Positions 49,496 to 57,894 of a stretch of 64,000 nucleotides of DNA are shown here, piece after piece. Numbering within the stretch: position 1 is the first letter of the stretch; each line of letters begins with the position of its first letter. The position numbers and the translations under genes were made by a program. The DNA comes from Caulobacter sp. UNC279MFTsu5.1. Lineage in GTDB: Bacteria > Bacteroidota > Bacteroidia > Chitinophagales > Chitinophagaceae. Below the pieces are notes generated by a model that was not told the origin of the DNA, searched no databases, and saw nothing but the letters and a program-made list of their open reading frames with translations. The stretch lies in contig CALRMK020000002.1 in the NCBI GenBank assembly GCA_943369185.1, positions 501,368 through 565,367 of the forward strand, read 5' to 3'.

Positions 49496-50734
49496 TTATC
49501 TGAACTGTATGGCTTTTACCGGTTCGATCTTTTTGATCAGCCAGGTAGGGATGATGAGTGCGAGGTAACAAACCACGGCAGTAGCGGTACAAACCAGTAA
49601 TAGTTGCCACCAGATAATATGCACCGGGGCCACAGAAACATAATACGAAGCCTCATCCAGCCGGATAAAACCGGTGGCCTGCTGTAAAAGGCAGAGGCCG
49701 GTTCCAAGAATAAATCCAGTACCAATCCCCGTAAAAGTGATGACAGTAGCATGGTACAGGAATAATTTTCGGATCAGCCCGTCTTCTGCACCCAGCGCTT
49801 TCAGAATGCCTACCATACGGGTTCTCTCCAATATCAATATCAGCAGGCAGGTAATCAGGTTGATAATGGCTACCACCGACATGACAATGAAAATCACGTT
49901 CCTGTTCATATCCTGTATATTGAGCCAATCGAAGATATTGGGATATACTTCCCGGATACTGCGGCTCATCCAGGCGGCAGGTAAGGCGTCAGATAAACGA
50001 TTGCTTACGCTGTCGATTGCGTGATAATCTTTCAGAAAGATCTCATACCCACCTGTCTGGTTCGGTGCCCAATCGTTTACGCGGCGGATCAGGTCCAGAT
50101 CGCCCAATACAAAGAGTTTATCGTATTCTTCGATACCTGTTTTATAAATGCCGACTACATGCAGTTTACGATAGGTGCGGGAACCATCAATGCCTGAGAT
50201 AAAATAGACTGTGATAGTATCAGCGAGTTCAATCTTCAGTTGCGCAGCCAACTGGCTGGATAAGAGGATCTCTTTGCTGTAGGAAGAATCATTGAACCGA
50301 ATCCACCGGCCCTGCCGGAGAAAAGGGTAGAGGCGGCTGCTGTCGTAGCTTTTCTCAATCCCTTTCAATAATACGCCTTCAATCTCCTTGTTTTTTTCAA
50401 GTACCGCCGATTTGGTGGCAAAACCCTGCAATTGCTGTACCCCGGGATCTTTTTTGATCAGTGTTTCAATAGCACTGTCTTTTTCGATCGCTGTTTCCTC
50501 TGCCACCAGTGATTTGTTGGGTTCATATTTCTGTACACGTACATGTCCCCAGAAACTGAATACTTTCTCCGATACCGTTTGCTGGAAACCGTTCACAAAA
50601 GACAGTGTGATGATCATGGCCATTACACTCAGGGCGGTGGCTGTAATGGACAAACGGATAATGAACCGCGAAAAAGTTTTCTGTCGGTTAAAAGCGATTC
50701 GTTTGGCGATATGAAGAGCCAGATTCAACGGCAC
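49496..50734 (-). CDS. LolC/E-like (FtsX-family) ABC transporter permease
   Basis: Four-TM architecture; ERTRMVGILKALG, Y.TG.EEYD, YYVSVAPV. Confidence 0.88.
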   Translation of the reverse strand: MPLNLALHIAKRIAFNRQKTFSRFIIRLSITATALSVMAMIITLSFVNGFQQTVSEKVFSFWGHVRVQKYEPNKSLVAEETAIEKDSAIETLIKKDPGVQQLQGFATKSAVLEKNKEIEGVLLKGIEKSYDSSRLYPFLRQGRWIRFNDSSYSKEILLSSQLAAQLKIELADTITVYFISGIDGSRTYRKLHVVGIYKTGIEEYDKLFVLGDLDLIRRVNDWAPNQTGGYEIFLKDYHAIDSVSNRLSDALPAAWMSRSIREVYPNIFDWLNIQDMNRNVIFIVMSVVAIINLITCLLILILERTRMVGILKALGAEDGLIRKLFLYHATVITFTGIGTGFILGTGLCLLQQATGFIRLDEASYYVSVAPVHIIWWQLLLVCTATAVVCYLALIIPTWLIKKIEPVKAIQFR

Positions 50735-50827
50735 GATTTTGGTTCATTCAAAACTACACTGCTACCGGCAATGCCCCAAAAGCATTTGGTTACAGAAATG
50801 TTGTATGTTTAAATCAGAATTCTTTGT

Positions 50828-52108
50828 ATGCGAAATAGTTTTCTTCTATTATTTATGCTAATTGGTTTTTTGCCGTTGGTTGCACAGCGACAGCCGGATC
50901 GGGTATATATGCCCGATATCCGTACGCCCAAACTGTTTCAGCAGAACAACCAGCAAAGCCTCCCCTTGATCTCGCTGAATTCGGCCGACCAGCTGGAACT
51001 GCATTTTGATGATATGAGCGGATACCCCAAAAACTATTACTATACGTTTGTGTTGTGTAATGCCGACTGGACACCGGCCGATCTGAGTGCTTTCGATTAT
51101 ATCAAAGGGTTTCCGCAGAACAGGCTCAGTCAGTATCGCGTTTCTACGATTGCAGAAACCCGGTATGTGCATTACCAGGCTTTGTTGCCCGACAGAAACT
51201 GTATTCCTTCCAAAAGCGGTAATTATCTGCTGAAAGTGTATCTGGATGCGGATACGGCCAAACTGGCTTTTACCAAACGTATGCTGGTAGTAGATAGCCG
51301 GGCCAGTGTGGGTGCACAGGTGCAGCAGCCTTTCGACAATGAAATTCTGCGCACACACCAGAAACTACAGCTGGCGGTGAATACGCAGCAACTGAATATC
51401 CTCAGTCCACAGCAGACCAAAATCGTGATCCTGCAGAACAACCGCTGGGATGATGCTGTACGCAATATACAGCCTACATTTATCAGGGGTAAGATGATGG
51501 AGTATAATGCCGAGCAGGATTGTATTTTCCCCGCAGGAAAAGAATATCGTTGGGCCGATCTGCAGAGTTTTCGGTTTCTCAGCGACAGGATGGATAAAGT
51601 AGATAAAAGTAAAACACCCAATGAAGTGTTTATCAAACCGGATGTGGAAAGAAATAACCTGCGTTACCTGTTTTTCAGAGACAGGAATGGCTGGGATGAG
51701 ATCAATACCACCGAGTCGTTGAATCCCTGGTGGCAATCTGAGTATGCGAATGTGCATTTTACGTTTGCACCTGCCAACAACCAGCCGTTTGCCGGTAAGT
51801 CTGTTTATATAGTAGGAGAGTTTACAGGCAACCAGATCGGGGATACCTCCCGTATGCAGTATGATGCGACCAACGGTGTATATACCAAGACCCTTTTGCT
51901 GAAACAGGGTTATTACAGTTATACTTATGTAACCAAAGACAATAAACGCCCGGGCGAAAAATCGGACCCAGCTTTAACAGAAGGTAATTACTGGGAAACG
52001 GAGAATGAGTATACCGTACTTTTTTATTACCGCTCCTTCAGTAGCAGGCATGATGAGTTGGTGGGGATTACCACTGTCAATTCCAGAACGGGGAGGCCCG
52101 GGTTTTAG
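50828..52108 (+). CDS. DUF5103 domain protein (T9SS plug-like)
   Basis: LHFDD, YTFVLCNADW, SGNYLLKV, LLKQGYYSY, GNYWETEN.Y...YYR. Confidence 0.75.
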   Translation: MRNSFLLLFMLIGFLPLVAQRQPDRVYMPDIRTPKLFQQNNQQSLPLISLNSADQLELHFDDMSGYPKNYYYTFVLCNADWTPADLSAFDYIKGFPQNRLSQYRVSTIAETRYVHYQALLPDRNCIPSKSGNYLLKVYLDADTAKLAFTKRMLVVDSRASVGAQVQQPFDNEILRTHQKLQLAVNTQQLNILSPQQTKIVILQNNRWDDAVRNIQPTFIRGKMMEYNAEQDCIFPAGKEYRWADLQSFRFLSDRMDKVDKSKTPNEVFIKPDVERNNLRYLFFRDRNGWDEINTTESLNPWWQSEYANVHFTFAPANNQPFAGKSVYIVGEFTGNQIGDTSRMQYDATNGVYTKTLLLKQGYYSYTYVTKDNKRPGEKSDPALTEGNYWETENEYTVLFYYRSFSSRHDELVGITTVNSRTGRPGF

Positions 52109-52238
52109 CGCCAATGAGATATTGTAAAATGGCAGGCTGTTTCTATCAGGAATGAGAAGGACAGGTAAGTGATATTCCCGAAAGTCAGAATCTCTAAAAA
52201 AAACGCCGGATTTACCTGCCAACCCTTATTTTTGCGCC

Positions 52239-52333
52239 GGCAGGTCTCACACGACCAGCTCCTGCTGAACTTCCCCAGGGCAGGAATGCAGCAAGGATAA
52301 GCGGTTGTAGCGGTGCGATGTGAGTAGCCTGCC
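52239..52333 (+). ncRNA. ffs: Small bacterial signal recognition particle RNA (4.5S)
   Basis: Helix-8 signature CAGG-GCA-GGAA-TGC-AGCA (E. coli: CAGG-TCC-GGAA-GGA-AGCA); closing stem GGCAGG..CTCAC/GTGAG..CCTGCC; TATTTTTG -7 box just upstream; T-run after. Confidence 0.88.
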
Positions 52334-52360
52334 ACTTTTTTTTCTATTCGCGGGTAGCGA

Positions 52361-52406
52361 ATTAACGGAAGGCAAAAAATCCGTTAATCCGCCATCCGTT
52401 AATCCG
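52361..52406. repeat. Short inverted/direct repeat between ffs and tal
   Basis: ATTAACGGA ... TCCGTTAATCCG cca TCCGTTAATCCG. Confidence 0.6.
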
Positions 52407-52416
52407 AAATGCAACT

Positions 52417-53067
52417 ATGAAATTTTTTATCGACACGGGCAATCTCGCCCAGATCAAAGAAGCCAATGATTTAGGAATCCTGGATGGTGTTACCACCAAT
52501 CCCAGTCTGATGGCCAAAGAAGGTGTAAAAGGTGAAGAAGCCATTGCACAGCATTACAAGTCCATTTGTGAACTGGTAGATGGAGATATCAGTGCCGAGG
52601 TATTATCTACTGATTTTGCCGGTATGGTAGAAGAAGGTAAAAAACTTGCCGCCATTCACCCCAATATCGTGGTAAAAGTGCCGATGATCAAAGACGGTAT
52701 CAAAGCCATCAAATGGTTCACTGATAACGGGATCCGTACCAACTGTACGCTGATTTTCTCTGCCGGACAGGCTATCCTGGCTGCTAAAGCGGGCGCTTCT
52801 TATGTGTCTCCTTTTATCGGTCGTATTGATGACAGTGGTTGGGATGGTATGGAACTGATTGGGCAGATCCGTCATATTTTTGATATACAGGGCTACAAAA
52901 CCGAGATTCTGGCGGCTTCAATCCGCAATGCACTGCATATCATCAAAGCGGCAGAACTGGGTGCCGATGTTTGTACTTGTCCGTTAAGTTCTATTTTAGG
53001 TTTGTTGAAGCATCCGTTAACAGATATCGGGCTGGCCCAGTTTCTGGAAGATGCTAAAAAAATGTAA
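52417..53067 (+). CDS. tal: Transaldolase (small Tal/Fsa family)
   Basis: [31 protein letters not shown]; the Glu and Phe positions fit transaldolase rather than FSA. Confidence 0.92.
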   Translation: MKFFIDTGNLAQIKEANDLGILDGVTTNPSLMAKEGVKGEEAIAQHYKSICELVDGDISAEVLSTDFAGMVEEGKKLAAIHPNIVVKVPMIKDGIKAIKWFTDNGIRTNCTLIFSAGQAILAAKAGASYVSPFIGRIDDSGWDGMELIGQIRHIFDIQGYKTEILAASIRNALHIIKAAELGADVCTCPLSSILGLLKHPLTDIGLAQFLEDAKKM

Positions 53068-53087
53068 CCACCTTACTTAATTGCTAT

Positions 53088-53127
53088 AAAAAATAAAGCC
53101 TCTCGATTTCGGGAGGCTTTATTTTTT
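53088..53127. terminator. Bidirectional intrinsic terminator
   Basis: AAAAAATAAAGCCTCTCG-ATTT-CGGGAGGCTTTATTTTTT. Confidence 0.88.
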
Positions 53128-54169
53128 ATAGATTGATCACTTTTCTTTCCTGACTGCTCTGTCTTGCTGCTTCAATGATCTGCATCACCTGTATGCCATC
53201 CGTGGCGGATACCTGTACAGGTTTTCCTTCCCGAATAGATTGGTAGATGCTGTCGTAGTAACCATAGTAGTTACCCTGCAGCGTTGGCACCCGCTCGCGG
53301 ATCACCTGACCATTTTTTTCTGTATGCAGTAAACCCTGTTCCGAAACGGGTTCTGTTCCCCAATCGGTGAGGTTAGGCTTTTCATTGGCGAGTAATTTTG
53401 TTTCCTGTACATCTGCCCTTGATTTATGGAAAGATCCTTTGCGGCCATGGATCACATAGGATGGGAAGGGTTCCCGCACCTGGTAGCCTGATTTTAATCG
53501 AACCCGCAGCGTAGGGTAGTAGAGCAGGATCTCAAAATAATCATCCACTTTAGAACCGGGGCGGGTAATCCGGATATCTGCAAATACAGCCTGCGGTTTG
53601 CCGAATAAATGCAATGCCTGGTCTATGAGATGCGGACTCAAATCGTTTAAGATTCCTGCCCCAGGGGCAGGCGTTTCTTTATGTGCTTTGGGACTGAGTT
53701 CATCTTTAAACCGGTCGAAATGAAATTCTGCTTCCATGATCTCACCCAGCCAATCTTCTTCCACGATCTTCTTAACTGTTTTGAAATCACTGTCCCATCG
53801 GCGGTTCTGGAACACAGACAATAAAAGGTTTTTTTCATCAGCCAGGGTTTTCAGCGTTAGCGCTTCTGCAACTGTTGTAGTGAATGCTTTTTCCACTACC
53901 GCATGTTTTCCTGCTTCCAGTACTTTTTTGGCAAAATCGAAATGCGTACCGGTAGGGGTATTAACAACTACCAGTTCGATGGAATCATCTGCTAAAATCT
54001 CTTCCAGTGAACGATAGATCCTAATACCGGGATAAAATTCTAAAGAATCGGTTTTGGATCTTTCCCAGATGCCCACCAGTTCAAAACCCGGGTGCAGGTG
54101 AATAAAAGGAGCATGGAATACTTTTCCCGACATACCGAAAGAGAGAATCGCTGTTTTGATGGGGGACAT
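53126..54169 (-). CDS. Gfo/Idh/MocA family oxidoreductase (YdgJ-like)
   Basis: FGMSGKVFHAP, GKHAVVEK, VFQNRRWDSDF, HLIDQ. Confidence 0.93.
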   Translation of the reverse strand: MSPIKTAILSFGMSGKVFHAPFIHLHPGFELVGIWERSKTDSLEFYPGIRIYRSLEEILADDSIELVVVNTPTGTHFDFAKKVLEAGKHAVVEKAFTTTVAEALTLKTLADEKNLLLSVFQNRRWDSDFKTVKKIVEEDWLGEIMEAEFHFDRFKDELSPKAHKETPAPGAGILNDLSPHLIDQALHLFGKPQAVFADIRITRPGSKVDDYFEILLYYPTLRVRLKSGYQVREPFPSYVIHGRKGSFHKSRADVQETKLLANEKPNLTDWGTEPVSEQGLLHTEKNGQVIRERVPTLQGNYYGYYDSIYQSIREGKPVQVSATDGIQVMQIIEAARQSSQERKVINL

Positions 54170-54173
54170 GGGC

Positions 54174-54210
54174 AATGAGTGAATGAGTGGGTGAGTGAAT
54201 GAGTGAATGA
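54174..54210. repeat. Octamer tandem repeat
   Basis: ATGAGTGA ATGAGTGG GTGAGTGA ATGAGTGA ATGA. Confidence 0.75.
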
Positions 54211-54228
54211 TTTGATTTGTTTAAAATT

Positions 54229-54262
54229 AAAAAACCTGTTCTATATGGGAACAGGTTTTTTT
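54229..54262. terminator. Intrinsic terminator (after the 64-aa gene)
   Basis: AAAAAACCTGTTC-TATATGG-GAACAGGTTTTTT. Confidence 0.8.
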
Positions 54263-54281
54263 GAGCAAAGGCGGAGGGTTG

Positions 54282-54476
54282 TTAGGTCTCTTTGTCTTTG
54301 GTGCTTTTGATCAGACCAATACCTGCCACAAAAAAGATCGCTCCCAGTAGTCCGTAGATTACAATGCTTTTGATATTCCGTGTTCCGCTATCCCCGTTCA
54401 TAAAACTGATGCCGGCATAGATCAGTCCGATGATACCCAGCAGGGATAAAATGATCCCCAGTATTCTTTTTTCCAT
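54282..54476 (-). CDS. Small two-TM membrane protein (64 aa)
   Basis: Two Gly-rich hydrophobic helices; basic tail; followed by a terminator. Confidence 0.75.
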   Translation of the reverse strand: MEKRILGIILSLLGIIGLIYAGISFMNGDSGTRNIKSIVIYGLLGAIFFVAGIGLIKSTKDKET

Positions 54477-54661
54477 ACTGCATAATTACAGTAGCTGGAT
54501 GGGGTTTTCTTATATACCGGTCTTTATAAGTTATATCCTTTACTGACCGAAACCGGATTTGTGTTTAAGTATCGGTGGAAAAATTACATAATTCACTGTA
54601 CAGCAATACTTTCTGACTGTATTTTCCCTGTTTTCTGTGTTTTAATCTTATCTTGTCATCT

Positions 54662-55663
54662 ATGCAGGAGAAAAAAGACTTTGTACATGTTACCGGTTGT
54701 GAGCCACATCGTATCCGAACCAAACTCATTCTCAAAGAAGTGCCGGAAATGCGTAACCTGATCGGTAAGAACCCTTATACTTTTCTGGCTATTGTTGGAC
54801 TGGTGGCTTTCCAATTGGTGGGAAGCTGGCTGGTGGCCGATCAATCCTGGTGGATCGTGGTAGGTGCTGCTTACCTGCTCGGTGCTTTTGCCGATCATGC
54901 TTTATTTGTGATGATCCATGAATGTGCCCACCGACTGATCTTTAAAAACCAGGCAGCCAACCGCCTGGCAGGCATTCTGGCCAATATTCCCCTGATTTTC
55001 CCCAGTTCGGTTTCTTTCGAAACCTATCATATCAAACACCATTCTTTCCAGGGCGTGCATGAACTGGATGGCGACCTGCCCAATTACTGGGAGGCAAGAC
55101 TGATCGATAACTTTTTTATTGGTAAAGTGATCTGGTTACTGTTCTATCCTTTTTTCCAGCTGTTCCGTTTTCCCCGCCTGCGCGAGATTCAGCCATTTAA
55201 CAAATGGGTGGCACTGAACTGGTTGGTACAAATTGTATTCATTAGTCTGATTGGCTGGTTGTTAGGCGCGAAAGCGGTGCTGTTTCTGATCTTTAGTTTT
55301 TTCTTTTCCGTTGGATTACATCCTTTGGGAGCGAGGTGGATACAGGAACATTATCTCACCAAAGGCGAACAGGAAACCTATAGCTATTATGGTGTGTTGA
55401 ATACGGTGGCCTTTAATGTGGGCTATCACAACGAACACCACGATTTCCCCTCCGTTCCCTGGAACCGGTTACCGCAGATCCGGAAGAATGCACCTGCTTT
55501 TTATGATACCTTGAGTTATCATACGTCCTGGACAAAACTTTTTTTCCGGTTCCTGTTCGATAAGGAGATCTCACTCTTCTCACGTATTGTAAGAACCAAC
55601 AGGGGTAAAGTGATGCTGGCCGATGAATCGCGTCCTGATATTGACCTCACAGCGGTTAAATAG
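54662..55663 (+). CDS. Fatty-acid/sphingolipid desaturase, DEGS (delta-4 desaturase/C4-hydroxylase)-like
   Basis: His boxes HECAH, HIKHH, HNEHH; N-terminal DF......PH..R...IL...PE motif; ETYSYYG.LN...[13 protein letters not shown]. Confidence 0.85.
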   Translation: [333 protein letters not shown]

Positions 55664-55727
55664 CAGTTTAGTTAACTACATTAACATACTATTTGCAGTT
55701 TAATTTTTCTGTTAAGCTATAAAGCTG

Positions 55728-55867
55728 TACATTTGCACCCTGAAACTGAGCACATATTAAAAAAGAGTCTCAAGGGTGATAGGTTCTGAGACGTTCTTCT
55801 AACGATTGAATTGGTTTTCCCCCGTTTCCGCTCAGTGTAAAAATTAATATTAAAAAGTAGAAATATT
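55728..55867 (+). promoter_or_regulatory. Strong -7 promoter and structured 5' leader of the 68-aa ORF
   Basis: TACATTTG at 55728; ACTGAGC(55745-51)/GCTCAGT(55830-36) and GTCTCA(55767-72)/TGAGAC(55787-92) nested stems. Confidence 0.55.
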
Positions 55868-56074
55868 ATGAAGAGTAATGTAATGCCTTCTATTGTCCAG
55901 ATCGAAGCAAATGAATTAAAGCAACTGGTAACAGAAGTAAAAGAAACCGTAGCAACAGGAATTGTACCTGTAACAAGAAAAAAAGCCAACCATACCCGTT
56001 TTGGTATTGTTGATCTCTGGAATATCCGTCGTGGTGTGAGAAGTACACGCGTTTCCACACGTTGGTTTGTGTAA
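55868..56074 (+). CDS. Small hypothetical protein (68 aa)
   Basis: Own promoter, AT-rich translation-initiation region, own terminator. Confidence 0.7.
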   Translation: MKSNVMPSIVQIEANELKQLVTEVKETVATGIVPVTRKKANHTRFGIVDLWNIRRGVRSTRVSTRWFV

Positions 56075-56100
56075 ACAGACCCATGCTACATGTAACTAAG

Positions 56101-56128
56101 AATCCTCCGCTTGTCGGGGGATTTTTTT
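56101..56128 (+). terminator. Intrinsic terminator
   Basis: AATCCTCCG-CTTGT-CGGGGGATT followed by a T run. Confidence 0.8.
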
Positions 56129-56154
56129 ATTGGGCCTGTTACTGCTCACCGATT

Positions 56155-56297
56155 AAATGAAGGGCAAGCCCGAATATTGAACTCTAACATCAAGCCTGTC
56201 TGTACTTTTAATCCAGTTAAAGGTTAGAACTCGGTGGCATAGCAATCGGTGCCGGGTAAATAATCCGGAAGCCCCTGCAAAGGGGCTTCTTCATTTT
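56155..56297 (+). ncRNA. Candidate structured non-coding RNA
   Basis: End-to-end pairing AAATGAAG+AAGCCC / GGGCTT+CTTCATTT; internal stems; GCAA-capped terminator-like hairpin GAAGCCCCT-GCAA-AGGGGCTTC; no ORF. Confidence 0.45.
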
Positions 56298-56314
56298 CGA
56301 TATACAGTAATTGT

Positions 56315-56839
56315 CTATAGTTTTTTTTGAAGGATGACCATTCCCCGGTAAGTTTCTTTCATTTGTGTAAATGGCAGAACCAACTTGCCACAAACAGTGT
56401 AGCCCATGCGCTGGTAAAAACCGATGGCGTTCAGACTGCTGTCCATTGCCTTCAGAAAGATCCTGTTTTTGTGGTGTTGCTTTGCTACAGTCTCACTCAG
56501 TTCCATGAGCTGTTTTCCGATGCCTTTGCCGGTAGCAGCTTTGTGCAGGTAGATCCTTTCTATTTCGAGACAATCTTTGTCTTCATACCCGTTGAGAGTG
56601 CCTTTTATCCGCAGTTTGAGATATCCCTGCGCTAATTCCTCTTCATCGTAAACGATATAGTGCAGATTATTGGGATCCGCTAATTCTTCCCGTAGTGTTT
56701 CTTCCGGATAAGCCTGTTCCTCCATATACCAGTTGGCACCGCCGGGATACCACAGATGCAGGTAGTGTTCTACATAAATAGCTTTGGCCAAAGCAGAGAG
56801 CTCAGCAGCATAAGAGGAATTGATCTGTCGGATGATCAT
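56315..56839 (-). CDS. GNAT family N-acetyltransferase
   Basis: LEIERIYL, GKGIGKQLM, AIGFYQRMGY. Confidence 0.92.
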   Translation of the reverse strand: MIIRQINSSYAAELSALAKAIYVEHYLHLWYPGGANWYMEEQAYPEETLREELADPNNLHYIVYDEEELAQGYLKLRIKGTLNGYEDKDCLEIERIYLHKAATGKGIGKQLMELSETVAKQHHKNRIFLKAMDSSLNAIGFYQRMGYTVCGKLVLPFTQMKETYRGMVILQKKL

Positions 56840-57285
56840 ACACCTGTTTTTTCGATCCAGCTGAAATGAGCCGCCCGGGGCAGTTCTTCAAATACTTTCC
56901 GGAAGGATTCCGGCGGAACGGCCAGTTTACGGGTTAGGGTATCCAGCCAGGCACCGTCGATGGTGATGATGGCGCTCAGGGTATTACCGTTCTTCCAGAT
57001 TTCGTGTACCATGGTCCAGCGGCTCATATCATGGGTGCTTTTTACCAATTGTACATTGATGCTTACCGTATCGCTGAAATGGATTTCTCTTTTAAATACA
57101 CATTCCTCCCTGAAAAGTATGGGGCCAATATGTTGATCCTGCATGACAAAGGGAGTAAGTCCGTGCTCATTCATAAAGGATACCCGTAAATAAGCCCCGA
57201 AATCATAATAAGCGGAATGACGAAGGTGAAAATTCGGATCCATATCACTCCAGCGGATCTCTACCGGTTTGCTATATCCACTCAT
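56836..57285 (-). CDS. Acyl-CoA thioesterase (4HBT/YbgC hot-dog family)
   Basis: IRWSDMDPNFHLRHSAYYD, FKREI. Confidence 0.9.
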   Translation of the reverse strand: MSGYSKPVEIRWSDMDPNFHLRHSAYYDFGAYLRVSFMNEHGLTPFVMQDQHIGPILFREECVFKREIHFSDTVSINVQLVKSTHDMSRWTMVHEIWKNGNTLSAIITIDGAWLDTLTRKLAVPPESFRKVFEELPRAAHFSWIEKTGV

Positions 57286-57341
57286 GTAAGTTTTTAAGAT
57301 GGTTTTTATTTTCTGCTATGTTTACATCTCAAAACAAAATT

Positions 57342-57800
57342 ATGCGGGAAATACAAAAGATCGGCCAACTATTTGCCGACCTGCAGCAGGGCGATTGCTG
57401 GGTAGGACTGAATATGCAGCAGGTACTGAAGGATATCACAGCCGAAAAAGCTGCGGTGCGTTTGCATGAGAAGGGGAACAGCATCTGGCAACTGGTGAAC
57501 CATCTCATCTACTGGCGTAAAACAGTGATGATCCGTTTGCAGGGCAAACACGCCGAACCACCCATGCCGGATATGTATCTGCCCGATGAACTAACTGATG
57601 CTTCCTGGCAAACCACACTGTTACATTTTGAAGAAGTTTACCGGCAACTGAGCGCGTTGATCGCAGCTTTTGATGAAAGCCTGCTGGATACTGCATCGCC
57701 TATTAAAGGGCAAACCTATTACCAGTTATTACTGGGCTGCCTGCAGCATGATGCCTATCATATGGGACAGATAGTAATATTGAAAAAGGATCTGTTGTAA
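57342..57800 (+). CDS. DinB family protein
   Basis: W.G..., SIWQLVNHL, QHDAYHMGQI. Confidence 0.88.
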   Translation: MREIQKIGQLFADLQQGDCWVGLNMQQVLKDITAEKAAVRLHEKGNSIWQLVNHLIYWRKTVMIRLQGKHAEPPMPDMYLPDELTDASWQTTLLHFEEVYRQLSALIAAFDESLLDTASPIKGQTYYQLLLGCLQHDAYHMGQIVILKKDLL

Positions 57801-57894
57801 AAGATATTGATCCTGCCTGATTGCTGTAACAAAAAAGCCCTGTAAGAGTACAGGGCCCGGATACATACGTTGCACGTAGTACATGAGAAAAATC

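Noticed and set aside
52105-52335. 76-aa minus-strand ORF
   Set aside because: Overlaps the SRP RNA on the opposite strand and has no protein-like motif.
55770-55835. TPP riboswitch (GGGTG...CTGAGA present)
   Set aside because: The required downstream ACCTGAT...TAATGCC..GCG.AGGGA elements are absent and the downstream gene is not thiamine-related.
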